From: Strigamia acuminata | Taxonomy: Eukaryota | Direction of reading: 5' to 3' | NCBI GenBank assembly: GCA_949358305.1 | Contig: OX442314.1 | Span: 6,572,001 to 6,636,000 of the forward strand | DNA length: 64,000 nt | In this document: positions 1 to 10,758 of the stretch, piece by piece | Layout: each line of letters opens with the position of its first letter | Numbering within the stretch: the first letter of the stretch is position 1 | Notes under the pieces: model-generated | Seen by the model: the letters and a program-made list of their open reading frames with translations, nothing else | Told to the model about the DNA's origin: nothing | Databases searched by the model: none | Program-made: the position numbers and the translations under genes

Positions 1-350
1 AAGAAGAAATTATACCTTACTTATACCTTACTTATCTTAATGCCAACTGAGACATGTATTGTGGATAGAATAATAACTGTCGTACTTGAAACCTTAATCG
101 TTGTAATGTAGTGTCTAATGTTCTCTCATACAGTTACCACAGGAATAACGATTTTGTTTCTGATCTTAGGTCTGACAGTTCTTGTCTGCAGTTAATTCTA
201 CCTTAGCAGTTTTACTCATGGTTTATTTACACATTTAATAATTTAATAATATATTATCATGGTGACAGTTTGACAACAAAAGTGTTAACGATGATTGCCA
301 CTAGAATGCGATGTACCATGATAAGCTAAAATACGAAGTTTGACTATAAC
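1..350. repeat. Diverged direct repeat, copy A (pairs with 899-1229)
   Basis: Starts aagaagaaattatacc...tacttatcttaatgc and shares blocks such as tgtttctgatcttaggtctgacagttcttg and ttgccactagaatg with 899-1229; many substitutions and indels. Confidence 0.8.
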
Positions 351-589
351 AATTATGGTTGATATTTTGGATTTTGACATTATTTTGCCATCGGAGATCT
401 CAGCAGTGGCAAGTAATGTCTTTTTTTTTTTTTTTTTTTTTTTTACTGTTTGTAGTGTTCGGATGTTGATTTGGGTGCTTGAGCTCGTTGGCTGGTCCCT
501 AGCCTCCGATGCAGACTGGATGAAATTTTCCAGCTGACAGTTTTACAGGCTCAGGTCAGCTGGGTGTCATGGCGGCTAGCTGGACCTGT

Positions 590-788
590 TTAACGAATTT
601 TGCTAGAAAATTCGGGCTGAGCCAACTAGGCTGGTCAGCCGCCGCCGCGCCGACGCTACAATCTTGTGCGGTTGACTGAGCTGCCAGCCGCCGACCGCCG
701 GTAACAAGCCAGACTCGAGCCGCCGCCGTCTATTAGCAACCAGCGAGATTAGCCGCCGCCGACAAATTCAGCCCGGTGCACACCTCTA
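590..788. mobile_element. Possible terminus of a non-autonomous DNA transposon (hAT/MITE-like)
   Basis: GC-rich patch with repeated agccgccgcc motifs, ending in ccggtgcacacctcta (reverse complement TAGAGGTGTGCACCGG), which resembles hAT-type MITE termini. No matching second end was found in the window. Confidence 0.35.
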
Positions 789-898
789 GTTTGTTAACCA
801 ATTTTAGGCACGAATGTATACTTTGTTTAACTTTTAGAAATAATTCAGAGGAGCTATGACCCAAATTTAGTGAATATTAGTTAGTTAGAAATTTTGTT

Positions 899-1229
899 AA
901 GAAGAAATTATACCGTACCTTACTTATCTTAATGCACAGCTCGGCAAACTGAGTCATGTATTTGTGAACCGAATAATAAGTATCGTACCTGAAGCCTTAA
1001 CCGTTCTAATGTCTCATGTTTTCTCATACAGTTGCCAGAGAAATAACGATTATGTTTCTGATCTTAGGTCTGACAGTTCTTGTTGCAGTTAATTCTACCT
1101 TAGCCGTTTAGCTCGTAGTTTATTTACACGTTGAATAATATATTACCAAGGTGACGGTTTGACAACCATAATGTTACAATTATTGCCACTAGAATGTAGT
1201 ATACCATGATATAACAAGAAGTTTGACTT
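899..1229. repeat. Diverged direct repeat, copy B (pairs with 1-350)
   Basis: Colinear similarity to 1-350. Confidence 0.8.
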
Positions 1230-1475
1230 ATTGTTAACACATTAATTTCACATATATTCTTACATTACCAATTGATTTTATTTATTTTAGATCCGTTTTT
1301 GCACGTTTTATCGCCTGCTCTGTTATTAAATCCACAGTTTTCCTTGATGTAGTCCTGGTCATACTGCATTCTGTAGAAATTGTGTGGTTGCTTTTTTGAG
1401 TCGCTTCTCGGCTTAACACGAGTTCGATGCGCTTGCAATGTTGGTCGAAAGATCTCAGCTTTTCATAGGCCAGTG

Positions 1476-3222
1476 TGTGATGATTACAAATCCGTATTTA
1501 TCAATGTTCACAATAGATGGCGCTGTTTACAACACGCGCGTAATTCAAACTCGATAAAACTAAAAAGTGTGATAAATAATTATTTAGACACGGTGAATAA
1601 AATAAGACTATTTTATTCGATATAAACTAAGTATTATTTACTTGACAATGTTGATTCTATCGAATCAATATCTACATTACTTACCTGTCGAAGGGAACCA
1701 ATCGGACCCTTTCGGACCCCAACTGGGCCCATCTGGACATAGTCATATATTAGGTCCGGACTAGTGACCCACGAATCCGTTGATTCGTACGCTGATTGGC
1801 TGTCGCCAATCTAGTAGTTCTACAGAACTATATAAGCATCAGTTTCTCACCCACTCATCCCCCTGGCTTGATAACTGAACACGTATATTGTCTGTAGTTG
1901 AATTGTTATCGTTTGATTTCATTATTCTCTATCGACACATCAGGCCACCTCAGCTCTCCACAGTTAGTATTCATTACTATTTTGTTATTGCTGTTGTAGG
2001 GCTATTTCGGGAAGGCTAACTCCGGTAATAGACATGCATTCGCATGAAATGGCCCCGTAACGTTAGCCAGCTGTTCTACGGGACAGTAGGATTTCGTACG
2101 GTGGCCTAATATAACGGTCGTATACAGTACGACCTTGCTAAATGAAAGTAGGTCCCTCAGCTAACTGGCCTCAGTCCGCTGCAGGATGGTTGTTGTAAAC
2201 AGCCCACGCAGGTTCCCGTCTTTCTACGATTGGTCCTTCCGCTCGTTAAAAGTCGGTAAAGGCCTAATGCACAGGTAACACGCCGGGTTGGTAGCCCGTG
2301 AGTAATATCTTCAAGATGTTGCGATAAATAACTACCTGGATAATGGTAATCCAACGGCAGTGGCCAAATAATATTTTACCCGGTGCTCGATCAATGGATC
2401 CCGTCATCGTAAGGCATGCTGGCGGATGGAGGAGTCAAATCCTCCCGCGATGGTTCTCTCGACCGTCGTGACGGTCCCCGCCCCATCGTACCCTCCGGGT
2501 TAGTAACCCGTGAATGATATATAAAATATATCATGTTAAACAAATTACTCGGGCATTGGTAATCCTGTATTGGCAATATCTTTTTATACCGGTAAGTCCA
2601 TAGAAATGTTTACCTGGTGGTTGGTACCACCGATAGCGAGTTAAAGCACACAATTAAATACTCGGCGCCTGATCACGAGATCTTGTCGTCGTAAGGCATG
2701 CTGGCGGATGGAGTCTCAACAACTCCCGCGACGTTCTCTCAATTGTCATGACGGTCCCCGCCCAATTAATATTTATACAACAATTCATTTGTTGTATTCC
2801 ACTAATTACTTTACTTTTATTCATTTGGAACATGGAATATTCTGCTGAATATTCCTATTTATGCGAAGGACTCTTCGCATTATTAGATACTCGAGCTGCG
2901 GACCAAATACGTCTCCGTAGCGATATTTGTGACGATGCCGCAAGTCAGCCGTATCCCTCTGGCTTCGACCGGATCCTCAACCAGTTGATGCCGCCCGTTT
3001 ACACGCGTCAAGAACCCATCCTTTGTTGTTAATATTTAGTAATAAATATGTTATGTCACACTAAAACTGTAAGTTATTTCTATTCGATCACGTATTCATG
3101 TTTGTAAAGGCTTCCGTAGCTTATCTCGGTTAGGTTGTTGCTAAACTTAGCAACGTCTTGTATAAACCGAATTATCTATCTCAAAAGGACTAATAAATTA
3201 GCCCAAAAGTAGAATCGTCACA
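1476..3222 (+). repeat. E1 5' LTR (1747 bp)
   Basis: Direct repeat of 14087-15833; about 6 substitutions seen by eye. CCAAT boxes at 1795-1810, TATA at 1829-1835, AATAAA at 3041 and 3192. Confidence 0.97.
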
Positions 3223-3224
3223 AG

Positions 3225-3242
3225 TGGAGGTTCTACCGAGAT
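3225..3242 (+). promoter_or_regulatory. E1 primer-binding site, tRNA-Gln
   Basis: TGGAGGTTCTACCGAGAT, 2 nt after the LTR, complementary to the 3' end of metazoan tRNA-Gln (...ATCTCGGTRGAACCTCCA). Confidence 0.9.
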
Positions 3243-4337
3243 AGGCTGCCAAATTTTAAATAAAATTTGAAGTTTTGCATGTCCATGATGAATTCGAGTA
3301 GTGTAACGTTTATGGTGATTTTTGTGTGTAAAAAATAAATTTCGTTTGAAATTTATATGTGTTTAATATATTTTTATTTTAGAACATCTTGCCAAGTTAA
3401 TAAGTGTAACTCACTTTATTCCGATTTACCGCTGTGGGAATTGTAAGTTTTAACAAAACTAATAATTTCTACCGCGTGGTCAGGCCTAAAGGCCTAACAC
3501 GAAAATTGGAAAATCTTGCCCAAACTTGTTGAAGTTGGTCCCGCCCGGGTAGCGTCATTTTGTCATCGACAATCTGACAAAACCACGCGGTCGGGCCTAA
3601 TTTTGAAAAGTTGACCTTTTTGACGGAATTCTTAAAGAATTCTATCAATTTAACAGTTGTTTTAATTTTAGAATATTTATTCACGTGTGATTTGCTTGAG
3701 ACTTCGAGTTAAACCTAAATTTATTTGCCTAAATAAATTAGAAAGAAAATTGACATTTTCGAAGGAATTAAAATTTATATTTTATTTCAAAATGGTTTAC
3801 CTTATTTTACAGACTTGTCCTACATTAAAATGTCGGTTAAAAATCATGATTTCAAGACCTTGGAATTAAATTTTAAGAATGGAATACCATTCAAATTTAG
3901 CGAAAGAAATTCTCGCTGTTGTGTTGCCTAGCAACCAGGTTGTGCAGAGAAGCCGTCGATTCAAACGATTTGACGCGCTTTATTAAAATTGTGGGTTTTA
4001 ATACTTTAAAATTCTCATGGAATGGTCATTTTTATTAAATAAATTTGATAATATTTTAGAGTACTTTGAAAAGTATCCATATTGTTTGGGACTACGTCAT
4101 AACACTGAAATCTGACAAGATTAAGGTTCCACGAACTTAGTGATTTCCGCCAATCTCGGATGAGATTGGACTCTCGCGAGATTAGCGTTGATACTTGACC
4201 AATCAGAGAGGTGTCTTGAAGTACCCATACTTCCTTTCGAATAGTGTGACCACTGCTTCGTTTGCGACCCTCCTGAACGTTTGCAACTTCATCGTTATCT
4301 CTCAGACTTAGGAAATTTTCTTAGTTTAAGTTTAGTT

Positions 4338-6559
4338 ATGACTAGTAACCAGCATCACATGAACACCCGCGGTAAGGAAAGAACTTGTTTGACCGGTGGA
4401 ATGAATCTATCCGGGTTTGTACCTGCTCCTACTGGAATGGAAGAAGTGGGAAACCACGCGGTCCACAATGGCGTTTCAAATGAAACAGCCGGACCATCTG
4501 GTGAAAATAGGATTTCACGTGAACCCACTCCGCCTGGAGAAGAGGAATGCATTCCTGAAGGTTCTCATTTAGGCCGAGGCGGTCTATTATTTTGTCAGGA
4601 TCACGGTTTGAACCCAAACCAATTTAGATCTTTGACCGAAGTATTAGATTTCGTGCACGCACGTCGTGCTACGTCGGAGCATCCTAATTCCCCAGCCAGC
4701 CAAAGAATAAATAATTTTAGTCCCACTCCTTCGACGCCTATTTCTAGATAAAAAATCAGTCGAATTTGACACCAGGAGATTTTACTCGTGCTTTCCAACA
4801 ACGATTACGAGCGAATAACTTCGCTCGCAACCAACAAAGAGGATTTACAAATCCAGAGAACTTTGAGAATACGTTCAACAGAGCGAATTTGGGTCCGCCT
4901 AATATGGCTAACCCTAATCCAAGTTTTCCAAACGGATCAAATAGTTGTCCGAATCTCGCTGGAAATTTGAACCCAAATTCAGGTGCGACAAGAGGTCCAA
5001 ACCGCCGTTTTGACCCAAATTCTAGATTTGCAAATAATTCTAGTCCAGCACCTAACATGCAAAGGGGTCACCCAGTTCCTCCGAACTCGAATAACCAAAT
5101 TGACATGAATGATTTAAATAATCCTTCTAATCCTGAAACGCAAGGAGATTCCAATAATTATTTGAATCACGGTACACCAAGTAATTCGAACAATCGTCCG
5201 AATTTTGGTGGCTCAGGAAGTTCGAACAACCGTCCGAATTTTGACAATCGGGGTAATTCTAATAATCATTCGAATTATGGGAACCAAGGTAATTCGAATA
5301 ACCATTCGAATTTTGGTAACCACAGTAGACCAAATCAAGGAGGGTCGAATAACTTCAACCCCAACAATGGTGGCTCAAGTCAAAATAACTCGAGTCAATC
5401 AAACACTGGTGGATCGTCGAATGACCATTCGCGTCCCCCAAGCAGCTTTGGAATGACGGCTGATGACCTCGCGTCAATTGCCACGACCATGCACAAATTA
5501 ATGCAAGCTGGAAAAAGTTCCGCCATTGTCCCTCAAACTAACAGTTTGAAGCCCCCAGATATTCCTGTATTCTCTGGAAAGGCAGATGAAAGCGAACGCT
5601 TTCTCACTATCGTAAAAAATGTCGCTTTCCTGCGAAACATGTCACTCGATGACATGCTTATCAAAGGCGTTGCTGGTTATCTAACCGAGCAAGCGCATGG
5701 TTGGTTCCATGAAAGGAGAGGAGATTTCACATCTTGGGATATATTTGAACAGGCGTTCAAAGAGAGGTTTGTAGCCACTCGACAAGAGCGGACGAACCAA
5801 CTGACCAAGTTGAGACAACTTGAAACAGAAAGTCTTTACGACTTTATGCACAAATATTACCAGTTATGGATTTTACAAGACAACCTCGACGCGAAAGGGG
5901 CTGGAAGTCTGTTTATCGGGAGTGTAACTCCTGCTAACGATTTGCTTTTGCATATGCAAGGCCTAGCTGACTTACCTCTAACAGAGATTTATAGCGCGGT
6001 TACAAAAAGCAAAAGCTTGTACAGTCGTACAGCTAATGGAGCAAAGGAAAATAATTCCAATCCAGTTGTTTTTCCACCTCGGAAAACTGACACTCGTCCT
6101 CAGCCGAAGACAAATGCTAAATCTTTAACTTTGGATTCACAAGAACAACTTAATATTTGTGATGAAGAGTTACCTGAGGAGTGCGAAGCCGTTTATTTAA
6201 TAAATGGAGTAGTAGATCAGACCAGACGTGGTCAATTAGTCTGTTACAACTGTAAACAGCCCGGACATATGCGTCGGGAATGTACAAATCCAAAACCACG
6301 TACAAATTTCAACTCTGAAGAGTTACAAAAACGTGGTACTCCGGATTCCCCGACTGTGGATCCAACCTCTAAACGGCCTAATAATAGGTGGATAACTCAA
6401 GAAGTGTTGGACGCAACACTAGATGCTAAACTTGATGCGAAATTAAATACTTTTGAAACTAAGTTACAAACTTCGCTGACCAACTCGTTGGCGGAAATGG
6501 TCAAAACTTTGATCAAGCCCGAATCGACAGATTCAAGTGCTACTAGTTCAAAAAACTAG
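4338..6559 (+). CDS. gag: E1 Gag, interrupted by a frameshift near 4748 (ORFs 4338-4751 and 4766-6559)
   Basis: CCHC knuckle CYNCKQPGHMRREC and capsid-like IPVFSGK...WF...W region. The upstream ORF segment FCQDHGLNPNQFRSLTEVLDFV matches the E4 Gag N-terminus FCTHYELDRTQFKTIIEASEFV. Confidence 0.88.
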
Positions 6560-9500
6560 ATCCGGGGGACGAAGGTTTATTCCATCCCCCAGAAGTAGCT
6601 AATGCTACATCGGAGATTTTATTTATGGATGTAGACACAACTTGTCTTGAAATAGCCACTAGTCATAGTGGCGGAGTAGAGGAAAATCTGCAAGAAATGA
6701 CGGAGCAATTAAAAAATCTGACATTGTTTCCTCACAAGTGCTACACGAAGAAATTCTGTAGACTTCGCCGACTCAACAGAGTCATAGGCGGCAATAACTT
6801 GCACAACATTACTTTGGGTAATAATAAAGATGATCCTCGAATGAAGATCACAATTGGTGGGCTCACCTACAACGCGCTCATGGATACAGGAGCATCTCAA
6901 TGTTACATTGGGGAACAGCTTTTGTCTGAAACTCAGGCTCTGCCAGAATTTTTACAAGAAGCTCCCAGAAATATGTTGGTTAACGCTGTGGGCGTAGCAC
7001 ACAAGCCTGTCGGACAAATAACATTGTGCGTGCAATGGGCTGATGAATTCACACCAATGAATTTCATCGTTTTAGCAAAACGAGTGTGTGGCCTGATACT
7101 TGGTCACAATTTCATGCGCAGACAGAAAATTAGTCCGCATCCACATCTACAAGAGTTCTCTTGTGCAGATAAACTTAATTGGTCCGCCCCTTATGAGTCG
7201 GAAGAAGCCAATTTGGCCCTTGCCCCGTTGAATCGAATTACTTTCGAATATTTAGAAAGTCTAACGACTACAGTTGACTCAACTGAGCTGACAGACACTC
7301 CCGTGTTACCATGGGATGAGAAATTAGTAGAGGAGAGCGACTGCACTCCAGAACAACGACTAGCACTTCGCGAAGTGGTTAACTCGATACCGAATGTATT
7401 TCGTGATCAAGTTGGGTGCACTAACGTGACCCAACATCGAATCAAGTTTAAAGAAGGGCATTCATTGCCCAAAATGCAGTATAGAATGTATAACCCGGCT
7501 AAGAGAGCCATTATGACCAAACTAGCTGCAGAACTTGAACAGGATGGACTTATTGAAAAGGCCAAAGGGCCATTTATAAGTCATCCAGTCATCGTTGCGA
7601 AGCCTGACGGCTCGTATAGGATGTGTATTGACTACCGGTGGCTGAATGCCATCACCGAAGTCGAGGTAATACAGATGCCGAGCATTGACCTTTTATTGCA
7701 TAATACGGGTCCGGCTAAGTATTTCACGTCCATTGACCTTGTCAAAGGTTACTACCAAGTCGAGATGTGTAAAGAAGATCGTCCAAAGACGGCATTTTAC
7801 ACGCCAAATGGTCCCTACCAGTTTGTGCGAATGCCGTTTGGCCTTTGCAATGCGCCTTGTACTTTCCAACGACTGATGGAAGGCATTTTGGGCTCAGCTT
7901 TGCAAGACTACGCGTTAGTTTATTTGGATGACGTAATTGTGTATTCAGATAATTGGGATGATCATCTCAAACACGTTCGAGATGTTTTGGAAAGGCTTAA
8001 CCAAGCCAACATGACAATAAATAAAGCGAAATCTCGTTTTGGGCGTACAGAACTAAAGTTCTTGGGCCACTGGATTAAACCCGAAGGTCTCTTCGGTGAT
8101 CCCGACAAAATATCGGCGATCATGAAGTTTCCCACCCCCACGTGTGCTAAAGACATTCAGCGCTTTCACGGCATGACTAACTTCTTCCGGAAGTTTGTTC
8201 CAAATCACGGAACTATTGCCGCGCCATACACACGTATGATGAATGAGAAAACTCCATTTGAGTGGGGAGATGAGCAGACAGAAGCTTTTAATAGAATTAA
8301 AGAACTACTGTGTGGTGACAATTGTCTCCATAAACCAGACATGACTTTGCCATTTGTCGTCATGACTGACGCTTCTCATGAAGGCTTAGGAGCTGTCCTT
8401 TGCCAAGATGTCGATATATTCGACGAAAGGAAACAGAAAAACATTTCTGTACCCAGACCTGTAGCTTATGCAAGCAGAGTTTTACGTGGAGCGGAGAAGC
8501 GTTATACAACGCCGGAACTCGAATGTCTCGCAGTCGTGTGGGCTATCGATCGATTTAAACCATATCTCGAATATGGTACGTTCACTTTAGAGTCAGATGC
8601 AGAAGCACTGAAATGGTTGATGCGAACGCCTGAACCATCTGGGAAATTTGGCCGATGGGCCTTAAGAATCCAATGTGGAAATTTTAAAATTGTTTTTCGA
8701 AAAGGTGCTGCTAATCAAGTTGCAGACGCACTTTCTAGAGCTCCACTAACAGAGGAAGACATTCCTCTTCGAGATCATGTGGAACCTGTCGAAATTAAAC
8801 AATACTGGCCTGAATGGGACGGAAATCCTTCTGTTTCATTAAATCGTGCCCCTGAGAAACGAGAATTTTTGGCTAGTATGCGTTCCTATTTTTCAGAAAA
8901 TTCTAAAGAATGTTCTGAAGAAAGGGAGGGGGAAGAAGTACAAGAAACCTTGTACAGTGCGTTGACAGACGTACTTAAGGAAGTCCCTCCTACAAGGAGA
9001 GAAATAATAGATGCTCAGTTACTAGATACTGAATGCAAACGCATTCGAGAATATTTATTGAATGACAAGGTTGTTGGGATACCACAATCTGAAATAAAAG
9101 AATGGAAAAACAAAGTCAAAAACTATTGTTTAGACAAAAAAGAAGTTGATGGTGATCAAATGATCATCTATTTTAACCCTTCGTTCGAAGAGGAATTAAA
9201 CGATTTGGGAAATGGCTTTAAAGCCGTTGTACCCAGTGCACTCGTAAAACAAGTACTCTTCGCTTGTCATGGCCACCCCCTAAGCGGTCACGCTGGGATG
9301 AGTAAGACGCTTGAGAAAACGCGTTTAATATATTTCTGGCCTGGTATGAGTAGAAGTGTCAGGAACTACGTCAAAAGCTGCACGCACTGTGCTCAGTACA
9401 AGCCTATTCAACAGAAAAGGCACGCAGCTCCTTACACACCACACAACATGACCAATCCTTGGGAATGTATTAACATGGACTTGATGGGCCCGAAACCCGC

Positions 9501-10758
9501 GGGAAGGTCCCAAAACCAGTATATCTTTGTCATTATTGACAATTGTACCAAGTTCGTTGAAATTAAGGCTTTGACAAAAGCCACGAGCGCTAACTGCATT
9601 CAAGAATTAAGATCTGTTACAAACAGATGGGGACACCCCAAAAAGATTGTGAGCGATAACGGAAAACAATTTGTTTCCGATATTTACAATGAGTATTGCG
9701 AAATGTACAACATTCGCCCGTCTCATACGAGCACGTATCATGCCCAGGCGAACCCGACAGAGCGAGCCAATAGTGATATAAAGACGATGCTGGCCCTGTA
9801 CACAGACGTGCACACGCAATGGCCGCGTTATTTAGACGAATTTGCATTCGCAATGCGAAATAATGTTTCGGCAGCAACCGGCTCAAGCCCGATGCTGCTG
9901 AACACGGGACGAATCGTAACATTACCTTTCGACCCAAGGATTATTAAACATGCCAATCCATTTGACAAAGAAAATCCAGAAAAATATGTCAGAGTACTAT
10001 TGGATATATTACGTAGATCGCATCAAGAGATGCATCGCAGAATTCAATTGAATTTTGAACGACATAGAAAAATACACGAACAAAAGTTCGTAATTACGGA
10101 ATTCGAAGTTGGAGATTTAGTTTGGAAACAAACTCACATTCTCTCGTGCGCAGATAAAAATATTTCTGCTGGTTTCGCGGAGAAGAGAGATGGTCCGTGG
10201 GAGATTACTAAAGTACTTCCAGGCGGAGCGTATAAATTACGCAAATTATCTGATGGTTCGATCGAAAAATCAGTGAACATTAAAGCGTTGTATCCCTATA
10301 CTCCGTCGTACCCGATTGAGACTTGGAAAATAGGACAAAAGTCCGCCTCTTACTCGCCTCAAGAAAATCCTAAATGGATGGACGAAAGTAATCAACTTCC
10401 GGACACTGAAGAAATGGAGTTAATTCCTGAAACTTCCTCAGAAATTCCAATGGAATTATCCGACTCAACTTCAGTGCAGATTGACAAATCTGCGCCCATT
10501 AAGTCTAAACATAGACATAGACAACGCTTAACAGCTATAGAAAAGAAAGCGGCGTTGAAAAGAGGAGAAGTTTCAAAGAAACCACCTCGAAAACCCCGCA
10601 AACCCCAACCGGTAGTTCCTCGAACTAGCCTTCGTCCTCGACGAGAGCGAAGGCCGAATCCTAAATATTCGGATGAAAATTTCGTGCGAAATATTTCCGC
10701 GGTATTTAAGAAACCGTACCAACAACACGGCAAAGCCGCAAAGTTTTGTTGGAACTGA
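6550..10758 (+). CDS. pol: E1 Pol (protease, RT, RNase H, integrase), expressed by -1 frameshift
   Basis: Motifs ALMDTGA, YLDD, TDAS...ELECLAVVWA, HxHxxxGH...CxxC, D-D-E integrase core and GPW (GPY/F). The frame is open from the slippery site at 6550. Confidence 0.97.
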   Translation, partial: KKLDPGDEGLFHPPEVANATSEILFMDVDTTCLEIATSHSGGVEENLQEMTEQLKNLTLFPHKCYTKKFCRLRRLNRVIGGNNLHNITLGNNKDDPRMKITIGGLTYNALMDTGASQCYIGEQLLSETQALPEFLQEAPRNMLVNAVGVAHKPVGQITLCVQWADEFTPMNFIVLAKRVCGLILGHNFMRRQKISPHPHLQEFSCADKLNWSAPYESEEANLALAPLNRITFEYLESLTTTVDSTELTDTPVLPWDEKLVEESDCTPEQRLALREVVNSIPNVFRDQVGCTNVTQHRIKFKEGHSLPKMQYRMYNPAKRAIMTKLAAELEQDGLIEKAKGPFISHPVIVAKPDGSYRMCIDYRWLNAITEVEVIQMPSIDLLLHNTGPAKYFTSIDLVKGYYQVEMCKEDRPKTAFYTPNGPYQFVRMPFGLCNAPCTFQRLMEGILGSALQDYALVYLDDVIVYSDNWDDHLKHVRDVLERLNQANMTINKAKSRFGRTELKFLGHWIKPEGLFGDPDKISAIMKFPTPTCAKDIQRFHGMTNFFRKFVPNHGTIAAPYTRMMNEKTPFEWGDEQTEAFNRIKELLCGDNCLHKPDMTLPFVVMTDASHEGLGAVLCQDVDIFDERKQKNISVPRPVAYASRVLRGAEKRYTTPELECLAVVWAIDRFKPYLEYGTFTLESDAEALKWLMRTPEPSGKFGRWALRIQCGNFKIVFRKGAANQVADALSRAPLTEEDIPLRDHVEPVEIKQYWPEWDGNPSVSLNRAPEKREFLASMRSYFSENSKECSEEREGEEVQETLYSALTDVLKEVPPTRREIIDAQLLDTECKRIREYLLNDKVVGIPQSEIKEWKNKVKNYCLDKKEVDGDQMIIYFNPSFEEELNDLGNGFKAVVPSALVKQVLFACHGHPLSGHAGMSKTLEKTRLIYFWPGMSRSVRNYVKSCTHCAQYKPIQQKRHAAPYTPHNMTNPWECINMDLMGPKPAGRSQNQYIFVIIDNCTKFVEIKALTKATSANCIQELRSVTNRWGHPKKIVSDNGKQFVSDIYNEYCEMYNIRPSHTSTYHAQANPTERANSDIKTMLALYTDVHTQWPRYLDEFAFAMRNNVSAATGSSPMLLNTGRIVTLPFDPRIIKHANPFDKENPEKYVRVLLDILRRSHQEMHRRIQLNFERHRKIHEQKFVITEFEVGDLVWKQTHILSCADKNISAGFAEKRDGPWEITKVLPGGAYKLRKLSDGSIEKSVNIKALYPYTPSYPIETWKIGQKSASYSPQENPKWMDESNQLPDTEEMELIPETSSEIPMELSDSTSVQIDKSAPIKSKHRHRQRLTAIEKKAALKRGEVSKKPPRKPRKPQPVVPRTSLRPRRERRPNPKYSDENFVRNISAVFKKPYQQHGKAAKFCWN

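Noticed and set aside
420..444. Poly(T) run as a retroposon tail
   Set aside because: No TSD, SINE/LINE body or internal promoter boxes identified.
1472..1475. Shared target preference (TSD AGTG for both E1 and E3 in element orientation)
   Set aside because: Only three TSDs are visible and E2 differs; the sample is too small.
2255..2370. Twister ribozyme (CCTAATGCAC...CGGGTTGGTAGCCCG)
   Set aside because: It lacks the GGT-NNN-AAGCCC loop and the downstream GAG-NN pseudoknot partner.
2378..2764. Hammerhead or HDV-like identity for the duplicated LTR motif
   Set aside because: No CTGANGA/GAAA core, and no HDV-type L3 plus P1.1 arrangement could be built on either strand.
3225..3242. tRNA genes at the tRNA-matching segments (also 29534, 50775, 55288)
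   Set aside because: Only 18-nt complements of tRNA 3' ends adjacent to LTRs, so these are primer-binding sites.
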